Origin: Felis catus
Taxonomy: Eukaryota
Assembly: GCF_018350175.1 (NCBI RefSeq)
Contig: NC_058368.1
Coordinates: 201,254,001 to 201,318,000 of the forward strand
Direction of reading: 5' to 3'
Length of the DNA: 64,000 bases
Shown: positions 37,520-49,668 of the stretch, piece by piece
How the letters are laid out: each line of letters opens with the position of its first letter
How positions within the stretch are numbered: position 1 is the stretch's first letter
The notes under the pieces: model-generated
The model's input: the letters and a program-made list of their open reading frames with translations, nothing else
Database searches by the model: none
What the model was told of the DNA's origin: nothing
Position numbers and translations under genes: made by a program

Positions 37520-37900
37520 TGTGGGTGCAATTTGCCTTAGTCTTGTGCTTCTTACCTCTCTCCTTTACTGCCCTGGGCTTCTGTGATGTCTTTGCATCAA
37601 ATGGCTGTGGTCATCTGCTAGCACTTAACGCATATGCAACCTGAATTTTCTTGAAATTAATTCCAGTGCAGTTGCCCTTAATCAGTGTGCACTGGAGCTG
37701 ATAGATAAGTGCTTCCCCCTTTTGACCATTGGGGCACACAGTTCTGAAATGCATTTTATAAGGCTTCTGAAATGATCCCTGCATGGTTGCATCCCTGATC
37801 CTGTACATCTACTACCCAGAATCATATTCCCATGCAAACTGCTAATATTCAGGTCTTCATCCACGGCTGTGATTTTTGGAGAAAACTCAGGTGAGACACT
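37520..37900 (+). mobile_element. Probable ERV-L class LTR remnant (LTR16-like)
   Basis: gataagtgcttcccc, ttctgaaatgcattttataaggcttct and a ...ggagaaaactcaggtgagaca end. Confidence 0.5.
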
Positions 37901-38029
37901 ATATTATGTTGAAATAATTGAATGTTGGAATTATCCACCACCATTACATTGTAAGCTACTTTCCTATCTTACCACCATACCTGCATTTCATAAATCTTTG
38001 TTGAATTAGCATCATTTACGACTTGCTTG

Positions 38030-38241
38030 TTTTTTAAGTTTATTTATTTTGAGAGAGAGAGAAAGAGAACACAAGTGGGCGAGGGGCCGAGAGAGAGAGA
38101 GAGGGAGAGAGGGAATCCCAAACAGGTCCTGTGCTATCAGCCAGAACCTGATGCAGGGCTCGAACCCATGAACTGCGAGATCATGACCTGAGCTGAAATC
38201 AAGACTTGGACGCTTAACCGACTGAGCCACCCAGGCACCCC
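38030..38241 (-). mobile_element. CanSINE
   Basis: Full SINE body ending gagccacccaggcacccc; flanks begin acgactt on both sides. Confidence 0.96.
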
Positions 38242-39654
38242 ACGACTTCCTCTTTCCAAAAAAGTGTTAAACAAATATTATCATCTTATAGCCTATATAA
38301 AGACCAGGTTCAAATGATCATATCCATAGTCCTTGAAAAGCTAAATTTCAGATTTCTGCAAACATTGAATAGAAAATATTTCTTGAAAATATTTGAACTC
38401 CGCATGAATTTAGAGTATCTTACAGTGTCAGAAGTCTATCATACAGATTTACCTTAATTAACAAGAATTTATTTCCTACTGTGTTTAGAAGATGGAATTA
38501 GATATCTTGAAGTGAAGAAATGAATTCCTTGATCTGAAGGGCTTAGGGTCTATGAAAGAGAGGCAAAACCTGGTGTGTTAAATCCCTGGAGAGCAACACC
38601 AGCGAACGTGTCAGAATATACAAAAACTGTGGTATTAATTAAAATTTGTGCATAAAGAGGATATCAAATTCTTTTAAGTTAGTATGAGATCATCCACTTT
38701 ATATTACAATTAGTAAATAGATCAATTCGTCTGTTTATTTCTATCAAATGTCCTGTCAATGCCCCTTTATAAACTATTCAAAACCTCCTCTGGTCATTTA
38801 TAAGTCAAAAATTATGTTTTTCTAAAATAGAAGTTACTCTCTTCAGCACCCAGTGATATAACTTTCTAGATGGAAAATGAATACATTAAAAGCATATCTC
38901 TGTAATCTGACTTTTCTATATTTCTACGTAAGTTGAATACTGGACACATTGTTAAGATTTAATAATTCATCAGCTCCAAATGATGAATGGCACATTTACC
39001 CCATTGCTTTGCTAGCTCAATGAATGTGTCGTGCTTGATGTATAAATAAAATAATCTATCTTTAAGATAAAATATTAAGCACATGCTGAGCACTTATAAA
39101 CATATCAGAAAAGTATTGTAAAAGAAACTGCTCTGAAAGTATAGATTTTAACAGCACATTGTTCATTACCCTTATTTGTAAATGGGAAGATGCAGGTTTA
39201 GTTGAGTGACAGGGCACATGGTAGTTTTAGAGCTTATGTGATTCTCAAATAAGAATTCTGAAAATGGGAAAAGTGTTCTGTATTATTACAGAGGGGGAGT
39301 GCCATTGTCACGTAAACAAAGGAAAACGTGGTAGTAATTTAAATGAGTTACATACTTGACAGCTTATTCCTTTACCAGATTTCCTTATTCTTTCAATATT
39401 AAAATAAAGAATAGATTTTGCTTACTTTGCTTTTTGAAGTAGGACATCTATTTAGTAGAATCTCATGATTACAAATACATACATTTTCCTACATACAAAA
39501 AATTTTTAATGTGATATTTTATAGCTAATTTAAAAGACGTAAGTTCTAAATAAAGCAATTAAAGTATGATAATATGGTTTTCAGTTGTATTTTGGCTGGC
39601 GTGCAAATATGTTACTCAGCCTATATTTATGGGTTTTTAAAAGTTATTCAAATG

Positions 39655-39868
39655 AGGGCACTTGGGTGGCTCAGTCAGTTAAGCGTCCAATTTCGGTTCA
39701 GGTCATGATCTCATGGTTCGTGAGTTCGGGTCCTGTGTTGGGCTGTGTGCTGACAGCTCAGAGCCTGGAGCCTGCTTTGCATTCTGTGTGCGGCTTTCTC
39801 TGCCCCTCCCCCACTCGTGCTCTGTCTCTCTCTGTCTCTCAAAAATGAATAAACATTAAAAAAAAAAA
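39655..39868 (+). mobile_element. CanSINE (SINEC_Fc-like)
   Basis: gggcacttgggtggctcagtcagttaagcg...ctcaaaaatgaataaacattaaaaaaaa. Confidence 0.96.
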
Positions 39869-40280
39869 CCCACTTTGAATAAACTATAAAAAAAATGAAT
39901 GATTTGTACACAGGACTGTTTTTGTACCAAGAAGATCCATTTCACTTCTTTAAAGTAAGTCTTTCACCTTTTCCCAATACATTCAAATTCTCTGGAAAAA
40001 ATACAGTGAAATATTTTAATAATAACCTCTGGAATTGACAAAATTCTTTTATTAGAGAGCAAAAAGAAAATTAAACCAGGAATATCAGTAATGAATAATG
40101 AATAATGAGTAAGGAAGAAATTACCTATTAAAAAGGTGGTGTTTGATGAAAGCATCTCTACTAAACTAGATAATTCAATGACTTTGTTTCCTCCAATCCA
40201 TTTTTACTAGTTATCTAGAACTCTATTTTAGGAAAGCAAGAAAGAAGAAAATTTCTCCTGGGTAGGGATCCTAATTCAGA

Positions 40281-40502
40281 TTTTTTTAAAAGTTTATTTG
40301 TATTATTTTTGAGAGGCAGAGAGAGACAGACAGAGCCCAGGCAGGGAAAGGACAGAAGGAGGGTGAGACACAGAATCTGAAGCAGACTCCAGGCTCTGAG
40401 CTGTCAGCATAGAGTCCAATGCCGGGCTCCAACCCACTAACTGTGAGATCACGACCTGAGCTGAAGTCGGACGCTTAACCGACTGAGCCACCCAGGCGCC
40501 CC
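40281..40502 (-). mobile_element. CanSINE (SINEC_Fc-like)
   Basis: Full body; flanks atcctaattcaga / atcctaatttaga. Confidence 0.96.
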
Positions 40503-40651
40503 AACCTGGAATCCTAATTTAGAAGAAATGCATGATTATATCTAATTTATAACTATTTCATGGAGATAACTATTCCATGCTATTTTGTGACATTCAAAAA
40601 TGCTATTTGTGACAAATATAACATACTATATATCATACATATCATACAATA

Positions 40652-40760
40652 TTTTTTTAAGATTTTATTTTCAAGTAATGTCTATACCTAACAGGGGGCT
40701 TGAACGTACAACCCCAAGATCAAGAGTCTCCTGCTCTATAGACTGAGCCAGCCAGGAGCC
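40652..40760 (-). mobile_element. Short old CanSINE
   Basis: ttttaagattttattttcaagtaat...gatcaagagtc...gactgagccagccaggagcc, the same type as 29853-29968. Confidence 0.9.
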
Positions 40761-41029
40761 TTGTTATCATAAAATATTTCAATATGCATATAATCTTTGC
40801 TCCTTATCTTTATTTAATATAATCTAGAAGCTATGATTTTAAATCACTTTAAACCAAGTACTCTAAAAAAGCACATACAGACTGACTTCCAGTTGGGAGA
40901 AATCTACTTCATCAAAGGACCCGCATATTCTGAATTTATTTTGGAGGTGGAGATTGCACTCAGGAGAACTGGCCCCCGCCTTGATTTTTAAGCATTGCAA
41001 TTCCAATTACAGCATCATCTGCCGTAATT

Positions 41030-41210
41030 CTGGATCAGCCACTAGCTGACTATCTGACCTTGGACAAGTCCCTTGACCTTTTTGTGCCTCAATTTTCTAA
41101 TCTGTAAACATAGAGACACTAATATTTGGGTGGATTAAAAGTGTCAATGCCTGTAAAGTGCTTGGTGCAGTGCTGATGCATTCTGAGCACTGAATACCTG
41201 CTAACTTTAT
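41030..41210 (+). mobile_element. MIR SINE remnant
   Basis: gccactagctg...tgaccttggacaagtcccttgacc...gcctcaattttctaatctgtaaa...tgtaaagtgctt. Confidence 0.85.
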
Positions 41211-42355
41211 TAACATCACAGTCATGCCAATGTCTTGTGCTTTACCCTCTCCCAAATTTAGAAGGTACTTTCTTTCTTGTTTCCTAGAATAGAAGCTAGA
41301 ATCGTCAGTACAGGCTTAAATTAGGAATATTTTTTATGCTACTGATCAAAGACTAGGATTCTGTATTATATGTAAGTCCTATTTAAAAAAACAAGAAACA
41401 TAACCAAAATTTGATATCAAGAGATGGCCTGCATCAGCAATAACCCATTTTTTTTGAGATGATATCGCCTTCTTATTTTCTTAAAGTTTTGAGATAGATA
41501 GATAAGTGGAAGTAGGAGTGAGGACAGGTATAAAATGTGAATAGTTAGTAAAGTATATAGAAATAGGGGAATGGGGATCCAGTGCAACTGTAAATGTTTT
41601 TCTCCCTCTAAGGAACCCCAAAACATAGAGAATTGCATGATGTCTATTAGCTTTGAATAAGACCAGATATGTCAGTTGGTCTTGTGTTCCTAGTTAGGGA
41701 TCCATTCCCTGGAGAATAAAAAGGAGGATTCCATGACCTCTGGATCACATTCTGTTCCAGTTATAGGGATACGTCTTTTACTTTCCTGGCAAAAAGTCTG
41801 CCCACCACTGAGATGAATACTAACGTAAAGACAAAACCAAAAGAAGACACTATCCCTGTGGTTGAAAAGCTAAAAGTGTAGTTGATAACACCTATGGATA
41901 GCAATCAACTAGAAACCAAAATAACAGTGTGTAATCATGTGATAGATTGTATGGATATGTACCATGGGGAATACTGGAATGTAAAGAAAAGACTTCTGAG
42001 CCTTGGGTTTCTCATCTATAGAAGGTAGATACTAATGTTCATATCACAGGGCTGTTATGAAGATTAAAGTGTAACAGTATATGTTATAATGAAGAATTGG
42101 GCACGTTAGATGTCCCTAATAAATGTTGATTAAGACATCGAGGCTTGAAGTAATTAAAAAATATTTTCTATACATTTATATGGAGATCTTATTAGGTGCC
42201 AGATGGTGAAGATACAGAGGTGAAGTAAACCAAAGTTGGTTTTACTTACATGGAGCTTAAATTGGGAAAGAAAGAAAACAATTACATAAATATATAGAAT
42301 ATATCAATGATATGTTAGTAGACAATAAAATAATAATGTTTTAGAAAAGAAGTTA

Positions 42356-42594
42356 CAGTGAAACCTTGGATTGCGGGTAACTTGTTCTGTGAGTGTTCTG
42401 CAAGACGAGCAAACATTTCTAATAAATTTTAACTTGTTCAACGAGTGATGTCTTGCCATACGAGTAGTATGTGATGCTGAATGTCACATGATGCAACTGA
42501 GCCAATAGTTCTTGAAATTTGCTTTGATATTCAAGTGCTTTGGCTTACAAGCATGTTTCTGGAACGAACTATGCTCACAAACCAAGGTTTACTT
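42356..42594. mobile_element. Non-autonomous Tigger MITE (Tigger2a_Car-like) with terminal inverted repeats and TA target duplication
   Basis: Left end TA|cagtgaaaccttggattg; right end caaaccaaggtttactt|TA; imperfect inverted ends about 17 bp long. Confidence 0.88.
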
Positions 42595-44239
42595 TAAATT
42601 GGGTGTACTTTGAAGGAAGTCCACACAAAGGAATATTACAGTTGAATGCTGAATGAGAAGAAGGAACTAGGTACATTCTTATTATACGTTCCTCCAAAGA
42701 TGAATTTAAAGATTTCTGGAAGTCTTTAATGAGCATATGTTAGTTAACCCAATGCTACTTCAAGATTGCTAATATTCACTTTCCCAAAATATATATACAT
42801 TCCATGATCTCAAGAAGCCTGAACATGAGCCTAATGCTTCCTCAGGGAATCTCATTTTTTTTGAGGGTTTATTGTGTGTGTTTTACAAAATGCAATTATT
42901 GCTAACCTGTTTGATTTCCTATTTGAAATGATTATTCCATGCAATTGAACTGTCATCACGATGACACTTTTCAGAATGTTAAGCTCTATTGACTAACATG
43001 ATGTCTTTATTTCTCAACAATCGGTAGCACTTTGTCTGAAGGTGCCCTGGCCATAATACAGGAATGAACACAGCTACAATTCTCTGTGATGCCACTCTCC
43101 CCACTATTTGTGCTTTCCTGCAGCACATCAATAAATTATTTGTATGGAATGTTGCCTTGAAATGGTCGTTTGTCTGTGGCCTTTAATTGATTTGGGGAGT
43201 TAAGAGATTGCAGAGAAGGAGGATGTGCTAAGATACACATTATAACCTGGAAGCTACATATCATGGGAGGTGATCAAGAAGCCCTGTTATGAATCCATGT
43301 TGACTTTATAGGACCCTCCTATGTTGTGACAGTGTCCTCATATAAACGTGTCAGAGAGTTTCTAGGGTTTTCACCAGATTCTTCTGCAATAATGACATAT
43401 ATGGAATATTTAAATACGTGATTGAGTTTAAGAAGTTTGTGAAGAGGCTCCCTTTACAATATTGAATAAATGGTCAGATTATAAGAATAATACAAATATC
43501 TAAGAGTTCTCTGAACAAGATTGTTAGAAGTCAACTAGCCAACATGTTTGAGTAGGTTTATCATCACTCAATAAATTACTCCATTGTCTACATAGCACTG
43601 TCCTTCTGAATAAGGTAGTATTTCAAGATAGGCCTTGGTATCTCCTTCTAGACATAATTGAGAACATATGATGCAAATAAGAATGTAACATGAATACTGC
43701 TTTATATGTCCTTTGGGTAAATCTTTATTACAAATGTTATGCAACTCTGTTCCTGGCCCAAAGTCAGTTCCAGTTTCCAGAATGCATATGTTTTGTCAAT
43801 TTTCAACATTGACCTGCTGCAAAGTTGCTTTTCCACTGGGTACTGAATACCAGAAAAAATAACACAAAGCATTTTGGGAGCGGGCTTCTACTTTTTTCAA
43901 TGACACTAAAACTTTCAAGTGAAGAGAGCCTTGGGTCTCTGAAGAACCAAACTGCTGAAGTAGAAGGTGAAGAATGTCTACACCTACTAAGAAAATAGAA
44001 AGTTAGGATTATGAATGAGTATACCCATATGTGTTAATAGATTATGTCACCAGGAGAAGAGGAAACTTGTATTTGCCTGGAAGGCTTAGTTTTCAATCAT
44101 TTATCCCCCTTGGATTCCTGCATCCACATGACATAATGGCTTAGGGTTAGTCCAGTTCAAAATCAGGTTAGCAGAAATAAGTGGTCATTGATGGAAGAGT
44201 TGAGATTTCTTGCCTCTCATTACTTAATAAGAAAGGAAA

Positions 44240-44432
44240 TTTTTTTCAATGTTTATTTATTTTGATAGCGAGAGAGCACATGAGCAGGGGAAGGACAGAG
44301 AGAGGGAGAGAGAAATTCTCAAGCATGCTTCCCTCTGGGGATTGATGGGCTCAATCCCATGAACTGTGAGATCGTGACCTGGGCCAAAACAAGAGTCAGA
44401 TGCTTAACGGACTGAGCCACCGAACTGCCCCA
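44240..44432 (-). mobile_element. CanSINE
   Basis: SINE body; aggaaat on both flanks. Confidence 0.93.
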
Positions 44433-44519
44433 GGAAATGTTTTAAAAAATATTAAAACCTTCATATTTTATATATGCGGTAGTACAATGATTAAAAGGAC
44501 TGAAATTTAATTGCAATAA

Positions 44520-44720
44520 GTCTATGTTAAAATTCCAGTTGTGACATTTGTTAGCTGGGTGACTGACAATGGATAGGTTGTCCAACCTTTTAAAGTTCAG
44601 TTTCTTTACAACCCAGAAAGAGACATATCTCACAAGAATATGATAATTAAAATAAAGTAATATATCTAGAAGTACTTAGTACAATTCTGAGTATATTTGG
44701 ATGTTTAATAGATGGTAGTC
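44520..44720 (+). mobile_element. MIR SINE remnant
   Basis: ttagctgggtgact...ttcagtttctttacaa...gaagtacttagtacaattctg...aatagatggtag. Confidence 0.6.
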
Positions 44721-44813
44721 ATCAAACGATCTTTGGCATGTAGAAAATGTGTTGGAATGATGGCTACTCAATTTAATTCACATATAGCAGCTTCTTGTGA
44801 TAAAATTCTTCCT

Positions 44814-45379
44814 TTCTCTGTGTGACTTATTTCACTTAGCATAGCACTCTCCAGTTCCATCCATGTTGCTACAAAAAGCCATATTTCATTCTTTCTCATT
44901 GCCATGTAGTATTCCATTGTGTATATAAACCACAATTTCTTTATCCATTCGTCAGTTGATGGACATTTAGGCTCTTTCCGTAATTTGGCTATTGTTGAAA
45001 GTGCTGCTATAAACATTAGGGTACAAGTGCCCCTGTGCATCAGTACTCCTGTATCCCTTGGGTAAATTCCTAGCGGTGCTATTGCTGGGTCATAGGGTAG
45101 ATGTATTTTTAATTTTTGAGAAAGACAGACACCATATGTTTTCACTCTTATGTGGATCCTGAGAAACTTAACAGAAGACCATGGGAGAGGAGAAGGAAAA
45201 AAAAAAGTTAGAGAGGGAGGGAGCCAAACCATAAAAGACTCTTAAAAACTGAGAACAATCTGAGGGTTGATGGGGAGTGGGGGGGTCGGGGTGGGTGATG
45301 GGTATTGAGGAGGGCACCTGTTGGGATGAGCACTGGGTGTTGTATGGAAACCAATTTGACAATGAATTTCATAGTAAAC
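44814..45379 (+). mobile_element. Young felid L1 3' end with 5' inversion (inverted part 44814-45120 on minus; 45118-45379 on plus) and 11-bp TSD
   Basis: Minus part encodes [19 protein letters not shown]...LSEISHTEK; plus part resumes gagaaagacagacaccatatg; TSD aaattcttcct at 44803-44813 and 45380-45390. Confidence 0.96.
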
Positions 45380-45435
45380 AAATTCTTCCTGACATTTAAA
45401 AAAATTTTTTTTCCTAAGTCTATCTGTCTTTCTCT

Positions 45436-45438
<3 letters not shown>

Positions 45439-45473
<35 letters not shown>
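45439..45473. repeat. (CA)n microsatellite
   Basis: Direct read. Confidence 0.97.
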
Positions 45474-45475
<2 letters not shown>

Positions 45476-45625
45476 TTATTTTACATTCTGCTTTCCTCAT
45501 GGTGGGACAGGCATAGCAGCTTCCTAATGTCATCCTGTGCTTCTCCGACTTCTGTCTTTCTCTCAAATCCATCTTCCATGCTGATTGCTTCACTTGCCTC
45601 AAACACAATTCTTGTCTCCTATTTT

Positions 45626-45856
45626 ATTTTTCCTGTCTCCTATTAAAATTTTTTTTAATGTTTATTTATTTTTGAGAGAGAGAAAGACAGAGCACGAGTG
45701 GGGGAGGGGCAGAGAGAGAGGGAGACAGAATCGGAAGCAGCTCCAGGCTCGGAGCTGTCAGCACAGAGCCAGTCGCGGGGCTCAAACCCACGACCCATTA
45801 GATCATGACCTGAGCTGTAGTCGGACAATTAACCGACTGAGTCACCCACGCAGCCC
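45626..45856 (-). mobile_element. CanSINE (SINEC_Fc-like) with 16-bp TSD
   Basis: TSD tcttgtctcctatttt at 45610-45625 and 45857-45872. Confidence 0.95.
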
Positions 45857-46210
45857 TCTTGTCTCCTATTTTAAAAAGTCACTATCTTCTCATTTATTAC
45901 CACATAAAACCCACATTTTTCTTGTTATTGTTCAACGACACTGTAATACCCTCCGACCACCAGTGAGCAGCTACAGTCAGCCTGTAGTCTGTGTTAACTT
46001 CAGAGTCACCTACTTCTCCATTTTCTGACACTCTTTCACACAGCTTACTTCTCTTAGCTCCACTCAAGCCATGCTCTGTCTTGCTGAGAACATTCCTACA
46101 AACTATTCATACTTCCTGGAATCTTTCCTAGCATTCTATGATTCTTTCTTCTGAATCTTTGTTTGTGTATTACTTAAGAAAAGTCACCTTCGACCTTTGT
46201 TCTACCCTAT

Positions 46211-46618
46211 TGCAGATTGGGTTCTCAAAAGCTAACTTTAACATGAAGGTTAATGTGCAGGATGTATATTAAGAAGTGCCCTTGGAACCAATTCCTGTAG
46301 AATGGAGGCAAAAGAAGCAGGACTGGGTGAAGGGAGAAAAGGGTGCACAGCAGGCTGATCCCATTGGGGACTCTGGGGCTAAAATTACCTATCACAGTTG
46401 TCCTGACATGGGCTGGAATGGTCTGGTCTTTACAATCTTGCTTTGATCTATCAGTTAATGTGGCCCTCTCTCTGAAGGGTGTGACCTTGGTCAAGGTGGT
46501 TTTCTGCAGCTGAGACAATGCCTGAAAGGACAATAGAAGAATGCTGTTTGCCAACAGCACTGTCAATGGCTGAAGATGGATGTGGGCAGTGGGTCCCTTT
46601 ATATATCAGATACCCATA
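46211..46618 (-). mobile_element. ERV-L class solo LTR (LTR16-like)
   Basis: gattgggttctc...gtgcaggatgtatattaagaagtgcccttgg...gaagcaggactggg...tgtgaccttggtcaaggtgg; similar to the LTRs at 17335 and 19066. Confidence 0.8.
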
Positions 46619-49452
46619 AAAAAAGCTAGCTAATTGACCTAAACAACATGACCTTACTGTTTTGTATCTTCTACTGACCAGAATCACTCCACAGTGTCAA
46701 AGACAGGGGCCTGTGTCCCTTGCTAGAGAACAGAGACCCACCCCCCATTGCCAGCAATATGTGCGGTGAATCGTGAGCAAAAGAGTGGGTTTTATTCTGG
46801 AAAATGACCCTCTTCGTGTCTTGTGGACTGGTCGAAGAAGCAGCAGGGTTATCACTGAATAACAAAGATCTTCTGTTCACAGTCATGGATTTTAATACTT
46901 ATTTAAATGCCAAAACAAAATCCACAAAGTTTAGGGACATAAATCAGAAGTTCATTTTTCTTATGAACTCTGCCTTTGCCCTAACAGACCCCAGATCATC
47001 ACACAATCACAGTTCTCCCTCCAGAATAACATTGCTAACAAGGATTTAAAATAGCTTTTTTGAGAGCCTTCACCTTCTCAAGGATACTCATCACACTGAT
47101 TTCTCAATAGTTTGAATCTCTGTATTCTCTCTGAATTCAAACATCTTATAGTGACCTTTTCTGTCAGACAATTAAGTGTATTTATCTGAAGCTGAATGCA
47201 AGCATGGAGAACAGTCCTCTACTCAAAAACTCTACTGGCTGTTCACTCATTTTAAAAAACCTCACACCTCCCGTGTTAGGTTTCTAATTCTTTAATCAAA
47301 TAATACCAGATGGTTGTAGTTGGTGCCAATGATTTATCATGTTTTGTCATTATGACCTTCTCATTTCAACAGATTCAATAAATATTTATTACAGGGCACT
47401 GTGCTAGGGACACAGGGTATACAAATATAAACATAACACAGATGCTGGACATTTATTGAATTGAATTTGTGAAGGCAGTTTTAAGTTTGTAAGAGAAATA
47501 AGGTATATATCAAATAGCTATAATTCAAACGAGGATGCTATTGTTGTTGACAAAGGGATCGGTCAAGGTTTCATGGAGGAGATAGCATTAACGTTTGGCC
47601 TAAAGCATAGGTGGTGACTTATGTATTTATTCCTTCATTTATTCATTTATTTAAATGTCACAGGTGAGTAATGTTCATTATAACATAATTAGGAAGTACA
47701 GAGGAGCTAAAATAATAATAAAGTAAAAAGTATGCACAACCTCACTATTCACACTTTGTTAATCTGTTACCTGATTTATGCCTGTCTGACAAAACTATGT
47801 CAAATGTTTACTCAAATCAGGTGACCTTCGTCAACCTTACTGATGATTTGGTACTAAACCACAATTCAGAGTTACAGCAAGTTTTACTTTTCCTTATTAT
47901 GATCATAGCTGGTCCCACATGTGTTTGGAGTCTAAACACAAGGTTATACATTTAATTCTAGATGTGACTCTCTAGCCAGGAGTGAGTATTGTACTGAGTT
48001 TATTCATCCGTCAGCCAAAGAGTTTGGATCTGTGACTTTCTATGACCCTGAACTCAACTCTCTGACAAATAGTTGTCTCCCCACAAAGTACTGAAGAATC
48101 ATCAAAACAAAACAAAAGTGAGACAATAATAACATGACATTTTCATATTACAATCTGGGTTGAAAGTTCACACACAAAAAGAACGTAAATAGCTAATTTC
48201 CCAAAATGCGAACACAGAATGAATAACCATTAACCACTAACGACTCTCTTTTGTCACATTTCTCAATTTATGTATTTTATTTTTTAAAACCTCTAATTTG
48301 GAATATTAATGATATCTGACATAGACTCAGTGTCTTACAATGTTAGAGTGATTCTGCAGGCAGTGTCTCTTTAGCCTCGAAATGATTAGGTAAAAAAATG
48401 GCATTCTCTTAATTTTACATATGAGAAAAATGGAGATGTTGAAAGATCACGTGAAAATTCATTGTCAAGTAGCAAGTTACGTGTGAAACTTGGACTGGGA
48501 ATCGGGTCTCTGGTTTCATTTGTAATATGCTTCAGTAGTTTTTAGATGCAAAATCAACCAATTTTCTTCTCACTTTGGAATAATGATATCTGGTGAATCA
48601 TCTCAGAAGAGGAGCATTTTCATAACTCTCACCTGAATGAACTATTGTTTAAATGCTATTAGTTTTTGGCAATAGGCCTGAACTGAAGTGCTGACACATG
48701 GGAATAGAAAACCTTTTTGCTCCTTGCAGAAAACATTTATTTTTCCTGACAGTGTATCTTCAAGGTAGCTGCTGGATAGTGTTAATAAGCTCGGGAGGAA
48801 GGATCTAGAAGAGTGGCAAATATAGGTGTGAAATTCAGCTGCTCCTGATGTAAAATAAAACCCATAGGTAGCAAAGAGCCCTGAACCAAGAGAGAGTGCA
48901 GTGACTCACAGGCTTTAATAAAACACAATGTTACCTTGGAGGGTGAGGTGAAATATGCCAGTTTAACTTCAACAGTTTGCAGTGTGATTTTTCTCATTTT
49001 AAAGGAAAAAGTCATCAAGTTCACGGATGAACTTTTTGGCCATATGTTTTACAATTCCTCATGAAAAAATTGAATTCAAACTCTAATCTTATCAAAAAAT
49101 ATTCAACGTCTCCACGAGAACTCTGTACGTAGAGAAAATGTGTTACAAATGACAGAACAGGAGCTCTGGAAAAACAGTGCCGCATGTTAAATCTTTTGGG
49201 GGTTCTAAAGTAGCCCAGAATACATTTCTGAGAGGATAAATGGCAACTTCAATTTTAGGATACAGAGGGTGATAACAAAGGTGAGTGAAGAGCTAGAAAA
49301 TAGGATTTACATGGAAGAGTATTTGAATAACTTAATCGGAAAAAAAAAACATGGCTAAGGGTGATAACAACTTTCAAGTGGGTTGAATATTTTCGGATGA
49401 TAGTGAATTTATTTCTCAGTTTTCCTGAATCAAGAATAAATTACACAGTTTA

Positions 49453-49668
49453 ATTTTTTTTTTAATTTTTAAATGTTTATTTTTGAGGAGGAGAGAGACA
49501 GAGCACAAACGGGGGAGAGGCAGAGAGAGAGGGAGACATAGATTCCAAAGCAAGCTCCAGGCTCTGAGCTGCTAGCACAGAGCCGGATGCGGGGCTTGAA
49601 CCCACAAACTGTGAGATCATTACCTGAGCCAGTCAGACGCTCAACTGACTGAGCCACCCAGGTGCTCC
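49453..49668 (-). mobile_element. CanSINE (SINEC_Fc-like)
   Basis: Full body; flanks taaattacacagttt / taaattatacagttt. Confidence 0.96.
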
